Positions 1 through 10,133 of a stretch of 28,799 nt of DNA are shown here, piece by piece. This stretch comes from Macrostomum lignano (taxonomy: Eukaryota): positions 1 through 28,799 of the forward strand of contig NIVC01002557.1 of the NCBI GenBank assembly GCA_002269645.1, read 5' to 3'. The translations under genes were made by a program, and so were the position numbers. The first letter of the stretch is position 1; each line of letters starts with the position of its first letter. The notes beneath the pieces were generated by a model. The model was not told the DNA's origin and made no database searches. It saw nothing but the letters and a program-made list of their open reading frames with translations.

Positions 1-548
1 CGCCGAATCCGCCGAGGAGGCCAGCAGGTCCTGCATAGCGCAGGCGCTGTTGGCGCGGAACTCCAGCTCGGCGAAATGAAGCTGCCCGCCGACTGGGCCG
101 CCTCTGCGATGCCCGCAGCCAGACCCGAATACAGCGGCCGCAGATGGCGCAGCAGGCAGGCCAGCACTGACACCTGGGAATTGGGATGGACTGGCATTCA
201 CTGACACCTGGAATTGGATGGACTGGCATTCACTGACACCTGGGAATTGGGATGGACTGGTATTCACTGACACCTGGAATTGGGATGGACTGGCAATCAC
301 TGACACCTGGGAATTGGGATGGACTGGCAATCACTGACACCTGGTAATTGGGATGGACTGGCAATCACTGACACCTGGGAATTGGGATGATTCACTGTTA
401 ATCTTACCTGTTCTGGGCCACTCAGATTGCCGAACCATCCAGCAACGTGCGCGGCCTCATCACGAAAGCTGGGGGCCATTAAGGGTGCCGGTGATGGTGA
501 CAGAATTCGCGGGCTTCGGATTGGCTGCATGAAGCAGGTGAAGAGAGG
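1..548 (-). CDS. Partial multi-exon protein-coding gene running off the left edge; product unidentified (weak, unverified resemblance to the pre-FAT region of ATM/Tel1 PIKKs)
   Basis: Exon 548-408 (acceptor ctcacag at 551-549, donor CAG|GTAAGA at 408/407) is 141 nt, phase 0-0, and reads PLFTCFMQPIRSPRILSPSPAPLMAPSFRDEAAHVAGWFGNLSGPEQ. The next exon starts at 173 (acceptor ttcccag) and reads VSVLACLLRHLRPLYSGLAAGIAEAAQSAGSF. The GC3-rich codon pattern then continues in a shifted frame (LHFAELEFRANSACAMQDLLASSADSA), implying an indel near 75-86. The family call is from memory only. Confidence 0.45.
165..396. repeat. 34-bp minisatellite, about 6.7 units (cactgacacctgggaattgggatggactggca[t/a]t)
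   Basis: Unit starts at 165, 199, 231, 265, 298, 332 and 366. Unit lengths are 32-34 bp, varying in homopolymer runs. It fills the putative intron 407-174 of the minus-strand gene. Confidence 0.97.
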
Positions 549-1250
549 CTGTGAGTGTTTGGGATCAGGACAGAAGTGATCCCAAGTAAGCCGGGCTTTG
601 TCACTTTCCTTAATGAGTAGGAAAACCAGTGAAAGGTGAATATATCAACAGCGATCCGTCTCAAGCCCAGCAGAAATTGAGCTGCAATGAGCAAAATGAA
701 GTCTAGTTGAAATGCAAGATAGTAACTGAGCAAAAAGATTTTTTATTTTCTGCATATAAAAATGAACACTTAATTGCTTTCTGCAACAAATTCAAGAGAG
801 TTAGATCTAATTACAAATTTACATGCATGTCTGAAAAACAGCTGAGCCTAGCCTAGTTGAAAAGTAAAAGCTAAGGCCCAAAGCCTGCAAGAAAAGTATC
901 AGAATAATGCTGGAAGCCCTAGCAGAGTCTCCCATAGGGCAAGCTGAATAGCAAGTTGGCAAGCAAGAGGCTGGTGGGTCATACATGTGCAACTGCTGGC
1001 CGACCTGGCCGATCTGACCACCGTAAATTGTGGTGGACCAGTGGTGAGTCGCAAAACTGCCCACCCCAAATAATACAGACGTAGTACTAATTAGATGACG
1101 ACGCATTTAGCCCTAATAGGACAGTCATAGTTACTCCTGCCGTATACCCAAAATTGCTATGTTGCCCAATGTTGCTTTAGGGTTTCTTTCACAGGTAAGT
1201 CGCATTTTTGGTCAAAAAGAAGTCGCATGGTGTAAACCAGGGGGGTTGCG

Positions 1251-3053
1251 CATGTATGCTGGTGCCTCATGTGTGGGCATATTACCTGTTAATATATATG
1301 TTAATATATATATGTTGTTAATAATTACTATTGGTATAGTTCAACTATTTATACAAAATAATTAAATAGAGCTAAAGTATTGCATGCATACTTGTAACAT
1401 GTTAACATACTTAACTACAATATCATTAAGTGCTATTTTAAGTATTTTGAAAGCAAGCAACTAGCTATTCAGCTTAATTCAGAATAGTGTCTAGGAAACT
1501 ACTAGAAATAAATATAAGTTATTTAAAATAGCACAAAACAGTAAAATGTAGTCATATTTTAATTGTATTTCTAGTAAAGCTTACATTGCAAAAAAATTCT
1601 AGTCTTAGATATTTAGCATTTTCATAGAAAAATATATTATACATACATAGATAAAATTCAAAAGATATATTTAACAGATCAATTTGATGATCTAAAACAT
1701 ATTTTGATACTGAATACTTTTATAAATTTTAGCTCATAGAAGTTGTTGCTCATAAGTGCATTGTTCTATACAATATGTAAAACAGGTAAGAAAAGTAAAG
1801 CTATATAAAATTTAATATACTTTAATACTTTTAAGATGTGAAATATAAACTTAGAATTTAAAAGTCTTTCAATGCCAATATTCTAATAGATGTATTATAT
1901 AAAAATGCACAATGTTGATATTTTAAACTTTATTTAGCTAATGCTAATTTTATAAGTTTATCATTTTTCTTTTTCTATATTGCATCTTTGTTTGTAGTGC
2001 CATATGATTTTTTTATGCTTGTTTGATTGATTTTTAACATAGCTCTATCACCTAGCTAGATTGGCTAAGTGAGCTAGGTGGACCTTTTTGAATTTTAGAT
2101 ATATAAAATGCTTTCAATTTTCTGATTTTTCTGGAACTTTTGCTAGACAATCAGAAGGTATCCGAAATGACATACCTTATAAAATAAAAAACTGCAAAAA
2201 ATACCCTTATTGATAATGCTAAAACCCCTAACCCTAAAACTTACCCTAAAAGCAAAAACCCCTTATTTCCTATGCCTTAGTTATTGGTCATTAAACTTTT
2301 AGTTTGTTATTAGGCCTATCCTCTTAACCTGAGAATTTATCTACTTAATCTTTAATAGACCTTATATCTATTTATATTTAGTTATATATAAAATCAATTG
2401 CTTTATATAGAATCTCCCTACCCTAAAACTCCCTTAAGCCCTAGTGGTTGACTTTAAGCTATATATAGATATAGTTAAATTGAAGCTATCTAAAAATAAA
2501 GCTTAAATTTATAATCAATACAATAAAAACCCTTAGGCCTGATTAGTGATACATGCAAATAGAGATAAAATTATGATGATATCAAATCTAAAACTAATGT
2601 ATCTATTTAAAATTTAAGAAGACTACCAAATATTGAATATATATTCATAGGCATTGAAAAGCATCTACCCTGACAATGATAGATTTAAGGAGGAGGCACA
2701 CAGGGTATGCACCCCCCTTGTCAAGTTAGAATTTTTTATCTTTATATAGAAAATACATATTGTGTATATATCCATATATCATACACATGTAACTTAGTAA
2801 TCTATGCCTCCCATTCAAAATTTTTTGGATCCATACCTATACCCCAACCTAGTGGTACTGAGCCATTTCTTTCCAATTGCAACTGCAAGTTATGCAACTA
2901 AGCATCCACATGGCTATGGAGAATTGTTTGATTTATTTAATTATTAAATAAATATTTAATGTTTAAATGTTTACTTTTTTAATTTCACACTTTAGATAGT
3001 TCCTATAGTTCTACAGCAGTTAAGCAGACTACTACTACTACCATAGTACCATT
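1251..3053. other. AT-rich, CpG-depleted block, probably decayed repeat DNA
   Basis: Read by eye: only one CG dinucleotide (2163-2164) in about 1.8 kb, abundant CTA/TAG, and no credible ORF. Confidence 0.8.
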
Positions 3054-3677
3054 CGCCACATGGGGGATGGGATGCCCATTTCGATAGGAGAGAAATGGCT
3101 CACTAGATCAGGGTGGATATTTTTCTATGTCTGTGGGTTGTGGCATTGTGGGTGAGGGTGCATAGTATAAAAAAATCGTAATTGCCATTGCCACCTTGAG
3201 AAATAAATAGAGCTAGTTGTTATACTTTTCCAGAAGAATAGCTGTGAGAGAGAAGACAAGTTCAAGTATGGAGCAAGCATCAATTAATATTTGGCAAATC
3301 TTTATTGAAAAGGGGTCAAAAAGTCACTAAAACTGGTCACTGGAGCTAGTATAGGTCGAAAAAACCATTTAAATATACACAAAGCCATTTTTCAAAGCTT
3401 ATTTACATTGTTTGAGCTATTAAGCACTTACAATTTTGATACAAAAATTATGTAAATAATTTCTGAGGTCCTGATAAATGAGCGACTAAAAATTTCCAAG
3501 AAAGTCCACTTGAACGTAAAATCGCGATATCTATCAGATAAGTAAGACACCAAATTATAAGCAATGGGGCTTTTAACATTTTTCCTGAAAATCTACGCCA
3601 AAAACAAAATAATTCTAATTCAAAAATAAAAATAGTAAAATACAAAGATTTGTATATTCTATGAATCTCCTCATTCT

Positions 3678-3935
3678 CAGTGGCGTAGCCAGGAATTTTA
3701 ATTGGGGGGGGGGGAGGGGAGGTTGGCCTGGCTGGCCATGCCTTATGCCATTGCCACTTTTTCTGTGGCGCGACACACCGCGCTGAATTCGTGCCAAGGA
3801 CTAAGCCCTTCATCTAGATAGTGGGAGCCAGTCTGCACGCACAGCAGCTCCTTGAGACGCTGGAAGCCCCCTGAGCCTTCCTTGGGGTGCTGGAAGCCCT
3901 CCTGAGCCTAATTCCTTGAGATGCTGAAAGGACCT
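3678..3935. mobile_element. Possible non-autonomous DNA transposon (MITE-like) fragment
   Basis: Starts CAGTGGCGTAGCCAGG followed by a long G run, a terminus type common in small invertebrate DNA elements. It is GC-rich against AT-rich flanks and has about 2.5 internal degenerate 30-33-bp repeats (ccttgagacgctggaagccccctgagcc) at 3849-3930. No matching right TIR or TSD was found. Confidence 0.35.
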
Positions 3936-4440
3936 GGGTGATCTGTTCAGTTGCAGGGAGGACACAAGGAGCCCGTTTCTAATGAATTCCGGCTCTACTG
4001 TCTAGCGAATATTTGCGAATAAAAAGAAGAAATAATCACGAAGCTTATTATGAGTTCAACAAGCAGAATATTCATATGCATGTAAATTTTTCTCTGATTA
4101 TTTATTTGTTGAAAATTTATTTTAGATAACGCACAGGACTGAATTAATGGAGCCGGAAGATGCAGCTTTCGCTTTTTTAAATAAGCCAGTCATAAAAAAG
4201 CCAGATTATTCACAAGTAAAAAACTACAAGCCTGCAACTGCAAACACTCCAAAGAGCACATAATACAGTGGAATTGCTAGCGTAAATGAACAGCTGTTAA
4301 AAGATCCGTGTCAGTTTAAATATAGTGAATAAATTAATAAATAAAAGCTACTTGTGCGCGGCAGAGCTACACGTACATGTAACTCAGGGGAATCACAGAA
4401 TCTGAACTGAAACAATTTGAAGAAACCTGATTGCTGTCGG

Positions 4441-6867
4441 TCACAACAGCTGCATACGGGACCGCCGCCCGATCTCTATTGTCTCATGATCGGAGCAGAG
4501 AAATGTGGTAATCAAGCAGTCCTGGCAGAGTCGCACTACGCGCCTGCAGCAGAGAAGCTCAGTCTGGCTCTGCGTGAGTGCAACCTCCCAGCCAGCACCG
4601 GTGGTGCTGAAAGTGTTCCACAAGCCCTGCCCGTTGGCAGCCAGCATCCGACTGAACAGGCGATTCAATAGCGACGTGTGAGAGCCGGCAGCTGACCGCT
4701 GAACGGCAGTGGCAACGGTTTGCTTGACGATGCCCAGAATCTGCCGGCGCTTAGCTGAGTCCAACTTCGCCAGCCAGAAAGCAGCTAGCTTCGGCCGGTA
4801 GAACTTCCAGTTCTGCCGAATCTGCTGCAGTATTTCAGCAGCCTCTGCTGGTGACTTTCCAGGAAATTGGATGCTGACCTCGGTTATTTGCTTCAACAGT
4901 TGCCGGGCTGTTTCATCTGAGGAGGTAGCAGCAGATTTCTGCTCTGACTGCGTCTCTAGCACAGCCGTAAGTTGCTGTTGGGAAGCATTGCTTTGCCTCA
5001 AATCGGATGTGGCGGTAGACTGGCCTTTGCTTCGACTTGAAAGACGCACATTCGGGAAACGGGAAGTAGAAGGGCGAGACTGAAAGCTTCTCGAACCAAA
5101 AGTTGACACCGTCCGCGAGGTAGGAGGTCGCCTCATTTGTCGATCCAGGGGTTTCGTCTCACTGGTGTCATTGTCGCAACTGGTAGAAAAGATAGAGTCT
5201 TCCGACTCGGACTCAGAACTGGCACTCGGATCGTCAACCGGAGCTCCATTCAGCTCGGCTAGCATTTCTGCAAGTTCGTCAACACCCGGACTAGCTGAAT
5301 TGTATCTACTTTCCAGTTCTTTAAGCAGAGTCGGAGCTCGGCCCTCCATTGCCGAGACAAACAACTGCATCAATAGTCGAGTGTAGCTCTCTTGTCGCAT
5401 CCGGTCATCGCAAGGAAAAACGCGGCGGAATCGATGGCAGGTCCGCGACTCGCGGTCTTCTGCCTGAGCCTCCCTGCGAAGCCGCTGCAGTTGAGCACTC
5501 AAGTCTGCTCGACGCCTTATCAGCTGGCGTCGATGAGCTGACTCTGGTGTCGCGGCGCTACCGCACTGCAGCAATCTCCTCTGGGCCTCCGCCTTCTGAA
5601 CAGCTTGGTTGCGCCGCCGGTCTGATAGCCGGATGTTCAATAAGCTCAGCGCCTCCTCTAACATTCCTAGCTTTACTTTCCTGTCGATCGGCTCATCAAT
5701 GCCAAAACTGGGCGATCGATTGACTTCCAACAACCAGGGCTTCAGCTTGTGATCCAGCATGATGTCAAAGCCGAGAATTTCGAAGCAGACGGACCTGGCT
5801 CCGGGGGGTGCACCAGGTCGGCACAGACGGTACTGCAGTAGCACCTGAGGGTACGCCACCAGCACTGTTTTGATGATAAGGTCAATGATGCTTCGCCACA
5901 GCTTCGCCACATCATGGTCCCGTTGCTGCAAGTATTCATTAAGAAATCGGATGGATCTTTTACTTCCTGTGCTATCGTCTGCGCCTTTCTCGTATTGGCC
6001 GCTGCGCTTGTTGATCGAATAGTTGGTCAGGTGCATGCACGGCCGGTCAGTTGCAGTCCCGCGAGGATCCTCATACTTTTCTGTGCTGAGTCGCAAGAGG
6101 CCGTCATTGTAAAAGAATATACGCAGCGGATCGCACGAAGTCACCAGGACGTAGATGCGAAGGTCACATTTAAAGCCATCTACTAGGAAGGGCTTGTCTA
6201 AATAGCGCTGAACTATGGAACTGCTTTCGGGAGTGACCGGTACCTGCTCACCACTCCTGTAGACACGAATACCGTGGCCCATGGCCCCGTTCGCCGGCTT
6301 GCTGATAAACACTGGCCGCTTCCCAGCCGACTTGGAGTCTCTTAGGAACTGCTGGAACTGTGCACTCTCCTGTGGCAGACACCAAGTCTGCGGCACAAAG
6401 TTGAACTCCAGCGGTTGCAGCCGCGCAGCCCGAGCCATATTTCGGCCTAAACTGTCCTTTCGACTGATCTCCCCCATGCCTGGGAAGTGGTTCACCCGCT
6501 GGTATCCCTTCAGCTCCGAGATGCGGTCCACAGGCACAGGTGCGTCGCTCCACACCAGCATTGCTGAAGAGAAGTCGTCATCGTGGCAGCGCACAGACCC
6601 GGCTCGCTCAGCCGCCAATTGCACTGCAGCGAACTTGCAGGCACTCAGGTTAATAGAAATTCTCTTTCTCCGCCGCTGGTGACTGCTGCCAACACTGGAT
6701 TTGCCATCGCCGCCGACACTGCTACAGTCTTCATCAGTTGCTGCAGGAATCGATGTAGTCCGATGAGGCTGGGCCAGCGATACCTGCGATGAAGATGGGG
6801 ACAAGGGCAGCCGGCGGATTGGCGGTCGGGCCGCTGCACTGCAGGTTTGAGGCCGAGTTGGCAGCAT
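4441..6867 (-). CDS. TTLL7: Tubulin polyglutamylase TTLL7 orthologue, 808 aa, single coding exon
   Basis: TTL/ATP-grasp motifs YQRVNHFPGMGEISRKD, KPANGAMGHGI, VQRYLDKPFLVDGFKCDLRIYVLVTSCDPL, MHLTNYSINK, GSKRS and CFEILGFDIMLDHKLKPWLLEVNRSPSF. TTLL7-typical segments CRPGAPPGARSVCFE, QKAEAQRRL (cationic microtubule-binding region) and C-terminal FWLAKLDS...GQGLWN...CCRRVVRLC. The ORF-track start at 6882 is TTG; the first ATG is 6867, with an in-frame TAA upstream. Confidence 0.95.
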   Translation of the reverse strand: MLPTRPQTCSAAARPPIRRLPLSPSSSQVSLAQPHRTTSIPAATDEDCSSVGGDGKSSVGSSHQRRRKRISINLSACKFAAVQLAAERAGSVRCHDDDFSSAMLVWSDAPVPVDRISELKGYQRVNHFPGMGEISRKDSLGRNMARAARLQPLEFNFVPQTWCLPQESAQFQQFLRDSKSAGKRPVFISKPANGAMGHGIRVYRSGEQVPVTPESSSIVQRYLDKPFLVDGFKCDLRIYVLVTSCDPLRIFFYNDGLLRLSTEKYEDPRGTATDRPCMHLTNYSINKRSGQYEKGADDSTGSKRSIRFLNEYLQQRDHDVAKLWRSIIDLIIKTVLVAYPQVLLQYRLCRPGAPPGARSVCFEILGFDIMLDHKLKPWLLEVNRSPSFGIDEPIDRKVKLGMLEEALSLLNIRLSDRRRNQAVQKAEAQRRLLQCGSAATPESAHRRQLIRRRADLSAQLQRLRREAQAEDRESRTCHRFRRVFPCDDRMRQESYTRLLMQLFVSAMEGRAPTLLKELESRYNSASPGVDELAEMLAELNGAPVDDPSASSESESEDSIFSTSCDNDTSETKPLDRQMRRPPTSRTVSTFGSRSFQSRPSTSRFPNVRLSSRSKGQSTATSDLRQSNASQQQLTAVLETQSEQKSAATSSDETARQLLKQITEVSIQFPGKSPAEAAEILQQIRQNWKFYRPKLAAFWLAKLDSAKRRQILGIVKQTVATAVQRSAAGSHTSLLNRLFSRMLAANGQGLWNTFSTTGAGWEVALTQSQTELLCCRRVVRLCQDCLITTFLCSDHETIEIGRRSRMQLL

Positions 6868-6890
6868 TGAAAAGTGAGTCAACGCTTAGC

Positions 6891-7300
6891 CCTGCATTAG
6901 CGGGGCATTAATTTTAATTATTCCGCTTCTGCACAGGTCAGCTTGACTCGCCAGTGTTTGCCTGTTTCTGCCGGCCCTTGCACCAGAAACACCAGATTCT
7001 CAGTCTCGCTCACTATGAAGCCAGCACACTGTACTGTCTCTCTCAATTGCTGTCCACTTTCTCTGTTTTGACGGGATTGGTAGACGGCCCATGCTTTAGT
7101 TTTTGGAGTTTCTCTCTCGCATCGCGCATTCTGCCTCCATATCTCTTACCTCTACCTCTCTCACCTTAGCAACCAGACCGCAATGCGTGGTTCTGCTCCG
7201 GACTCCGCCCCTCCTCATGCAGCGACCAATTCAGACCGCCCGCTCCCTCCGCACTCTCTCTCTCTGAGTTCTTTCCTCTGCCCCTCAACTACACAATCTC
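6891..7300 (-). promoter_or_regulatory. Putative TTLL7 promoter, non-coding first exon and 5-prime UTR intron
   Basis: GC boxes (ccgccc at about 7205 and 7236) and CCAAT (7226-7230). Minus-strand donor consensus GAG|GTAAGA at 7150/7149, with an alternative AAG|GTGAGA at 7165/7164. Acceptor ctaatgcag| at 6892/6891, 24 nt before the ATG. Inferred from motifs only. Confidence 0.4.
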
Positions 7301-8325
7301 TGAGTACAACAAATTGCCTCATTCAATAGACTGCTTCACCTCATTATCAGCCTAGCTGTCGCCCTCCCATTCTCGCTCAATGACAGAGGCCGCTACACAT
7401 TCAAAGAATAGTGGCGTGATGATCACGAAGCTGAACGGTCAGACTTTGCAAGACCATGATGCTTCTAGCTGTCTCGGTTCATTCTCAGGCTAGGAAGGAA
7501 TCTAGTTAGCAAAGCCAGAGCTCTGGTATTCACCTACATTGAAGCCAATAGAAAATGAGCATTTTCAACCCCTGCCAGAAAATTTGCAATCATGCCGGCC
7601 AGATCTATAGCACAGAACTGCGTGGGCTTTTGCGTAGGACCTAGACGGAAGCTTATGGACTGTGGCCCAAGATCTACATAAAAAATTCATGCACTGTAGG
7701 CCGATTTGCGTGGGCTAACGTCACTCACAAGAAAATTACAAACCTATGTATGCTACTCATCGCAACTATTTTGCTAGTAGTACAAGAAAAATGAAAAAGG
7801 TGCCGAAGATCTCTGTCCCCAATGACTCAATGAGGCACGAGAATTCGCCGTAAATCCCATCATACGAGCTATGTCTACCTTCCGCTTGACGCTCCGAAGC
7901 TCCGAAGCTCAAGTGCATATAGACTTTGATTTGGACAGAAAAATTACTGTGGCTTAAAGAATTTTTAAATAAACAGGTTGCTGAATTTAAACCAAAAAAC
8001 GCCGATACTGACACAAGTCCTTGTTGTTTCTACACTTTGTTTCGTATTTATCTTTCTTATTCCATCAGGTTTATTTAATCGCTGCAAAAGCAATCCCGCG
8101 GTTAAAAAATAATAATTGCTTACAAAAAGCTCTCGCTGTTTTGTTGCATTAGCTGAGAAAACTGCTTCGTGGTTCAGAGATGTGTTTTCAAATAAAAGCT
8201 AACTATGACTGATCTGAGAAATAAAGCAGTTCAAATAAAGCAGTTCAATGTGTTCGCAGTGGGCTGAGTCAGTCAGAGACTATCATTGCCAACAGTCGAA
8301 GCGAAGCAGTCGTTGCTTGATCAAC

Positions 8326-9449
8326 TCAGACGCCCAGAGCATTGGTCGGAGAGACCAGACGGCAAACCAGGGCCACCACAGCCACTGCAGCAAAGGCGAT
8401 TGACAGCGCGAATGGCCTGGCTGTCTGATCTGCCGTGGAGGACGCCGATTCTTTCTCTTTACTTGATGGGGTGAACGAGTCCAGAGACGGCGGGGGTGGC
8501 GCAGGCGACGGCGGCAATTCAATCTTTACCGGCGGCAGAGGCGGGCTGTTGGAGTTGTCTTTAAGGTTGCACAGATCGGTGTCACATGTTTTGCAGTTCT
8601 GCCAGTTCAGTTTGTCACAGTGCAGTTGGCACCCGACCAGGAAGTGCTAAAGTAGAGTGCGCGGAGTTCTGTAGTAGAATACTGGATGAATATCGTGAAA
8701 AAAGCTTGAAAAACTTGAAAGGAGAAAATAAACGAGGGGAAAGGAATCTCTGAATTATTGCTACTGCCAAGTACAATTTTCAAAAAAGTACTCTTCGATA
8801 AACCCCAACTCATTTCTATGATCCCTTTTCTATGAACCATCTCAGTCTCACCTCTGCATCGGTCGGGTTGGGGCTGGAGATGCATGGCATATCTTTCGGG
8901 CACAAGACAGGCACAGGAAGCGGGCCGATTGTAGTATTGAGGGAGTTGTAGCATAGCAGATACTTCGTAACGTTTGACTTGAGCTCGTTGCCATACTCGA
9001 CGTTGCAGTGGTCCTTAAAGCACTCGCGGCACTCAACGCTGTTTTTATCGAATTTTCCGCACTTGCCACAGCCGAAGTACATCTCCTACGAGTATAAGCA
9101 TAAATTATGGTGATTCAGCTGTAGTCTCTTGAATTTTAACTCTGAAATAAATTCATGCAGCGCGACTCACGAAAAATCCTGGATTTGTTTCCCAATTTAT
9201 CCTGCGCTTCTCAACGCAAGCGTTTCCAACTGCCTGGCATGTGTGGGCCTCTGCAGGAAAGTCAACACCGATAGTCGAGTGGTTGCCTGTGTAGCACGTG
9301 AGGGCTTCAGCAGTCTGAGTCGCGGCTGTGGGTTGGCAAATATATTTATATAAATTTCGCTTCAAATATTGCAATAGAAATCGAGTTCGTATCTGCATCA
9401 TTTACTCACCAAGCAGAACTCCAAGCAGCAGATACAGAAGCGTCAACAT
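8326..9449 (-). CDS. Secreted, membrane-anchored protein with two Ly6/uPAR (three-finger)-like 8-Cys domains, 249 aa, 4 exons (copy 1)
   Basis: Exons 9449-9410, 9325-9171, 9085-8852 and 8646-8326 (750 nt) are joined by GT-AG introns of 84, 85 and 205 nt with matching phases (1, 0, 0). Product: signal peptide MLTLLYLLLGVLLAATQTAEA; domain 1 LTCY...FGCGKC...CRECFKDHCN; domain 2 LLCY...VGCQLHC...CKTCDTDLCN; three N-glycosylation sequons (NHS, NVT, NTT); Pro/Ser stalk; hydrophobic tail FALSIAFAAVAVVALVC. Confidence 0.88.
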
Positions 9450-9974
9450 CTTCAAAGGCGAGTGAAAAACGAGACCCAGTGATCAAAGCCACACTAAAGC
9501 AGAGAATGAGATGATTGAGTTCTCTAAGCTTCAGTAATTGAAAGTTCTTATGCTTTGCTCTTTCCACTTACTGTTAGGAGGCGAGAGACTGAATTTTCGC
9601 GTGGGAAATCGGTAGGATTGGCCATAGACATGCTGCTCAGGCTTTTGTTTTTCTGTTTTGCGCGAGAGATGCCTCTACGATCGATAGAAAGGAAAATATT
9701 TTCTAGGGCACTGAGAATGCTATCATGGGCGAGACTATCTATTACTGAGAGAGACACGCATTTGCAGAGGCACCCACGGACCGTTGGCGCTACTGGCATA
9801 AGCCATGCATGGTGCCTTTGCAATACTTTTCTGTGTGTTGGAACCGGGCATCTGCATGGTCTAGAAGTGGCTGCAATAGACAGTGGGATGCAATTCAAAC
9901 CGGTCATTTTTTATTTCTTCACATTTTAAAAATGGCTCTACAAAATACAGATTATAAAAGTACAAGGCAACTAC

Positions 9975-10130
9975 TGGCGGATCCAGGGGTTCAAGAGGGT
10001 CGGCTGAGTCAAGAGAGGCAACGACATTCACAGGGCGCGTTTCAGAGCCTGGGCGCGGATGTAGGCGGCACTGCCTGCAGTGTCCGGGGCGCCGGCATCA
10101 GCCACGAAATGCCGAGTGCACCTGTCTTTT
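9975..10130. mobile_element. Possible MITE-like terminus or fragment (also at about 20869-21024)
   Basis: GGCGGATCCAGGGG terminus-like motif followed by a GC-rich tract and tandem arrays. No partner TIR was found. Confidence 0.25.
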
Positions 10131-10133
10131 TTA

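Noticed and set aside
165-396. CRISPR-like appearance of the 34-bp, 18-bp and 19-bp arrays
   Set aside because: Units are contiguous with no unique spacers, no cas genes are present, and the context is eukaryotic.
479-1106. Hydrophobic ORFs upstream of the left-edge gene as further exons
   Set aside because: Splice sites and phases could not be assigned with confidence.
2224-2250. Telomere-like ccctaa repeats (also tagggttaggg at about 14763-14773)
   Set aside because: Only two or three imperfect units, too short to call an interstitial telomere.
4417-6839. Short ORFs overlapping TTLL7 on either strand
   Set aside because: Shadow ORFs of a GC-rich coding region with no recognisable motifs.
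6868-6882. TTG start for TTLL7 and GTG start (12910) for PPP1R3 given in the ORF track
   Set aside because: These are prokaryotic-style starts. In-frame ATGs at 6867 and 12928 are the plausible eukaryotic initiators.
7766-8014. 82/83-aa ORF in both copies
   Set aside because: A one-base A-run difference changes its N-terminus between copies. It has non-ATG starts and no motif.
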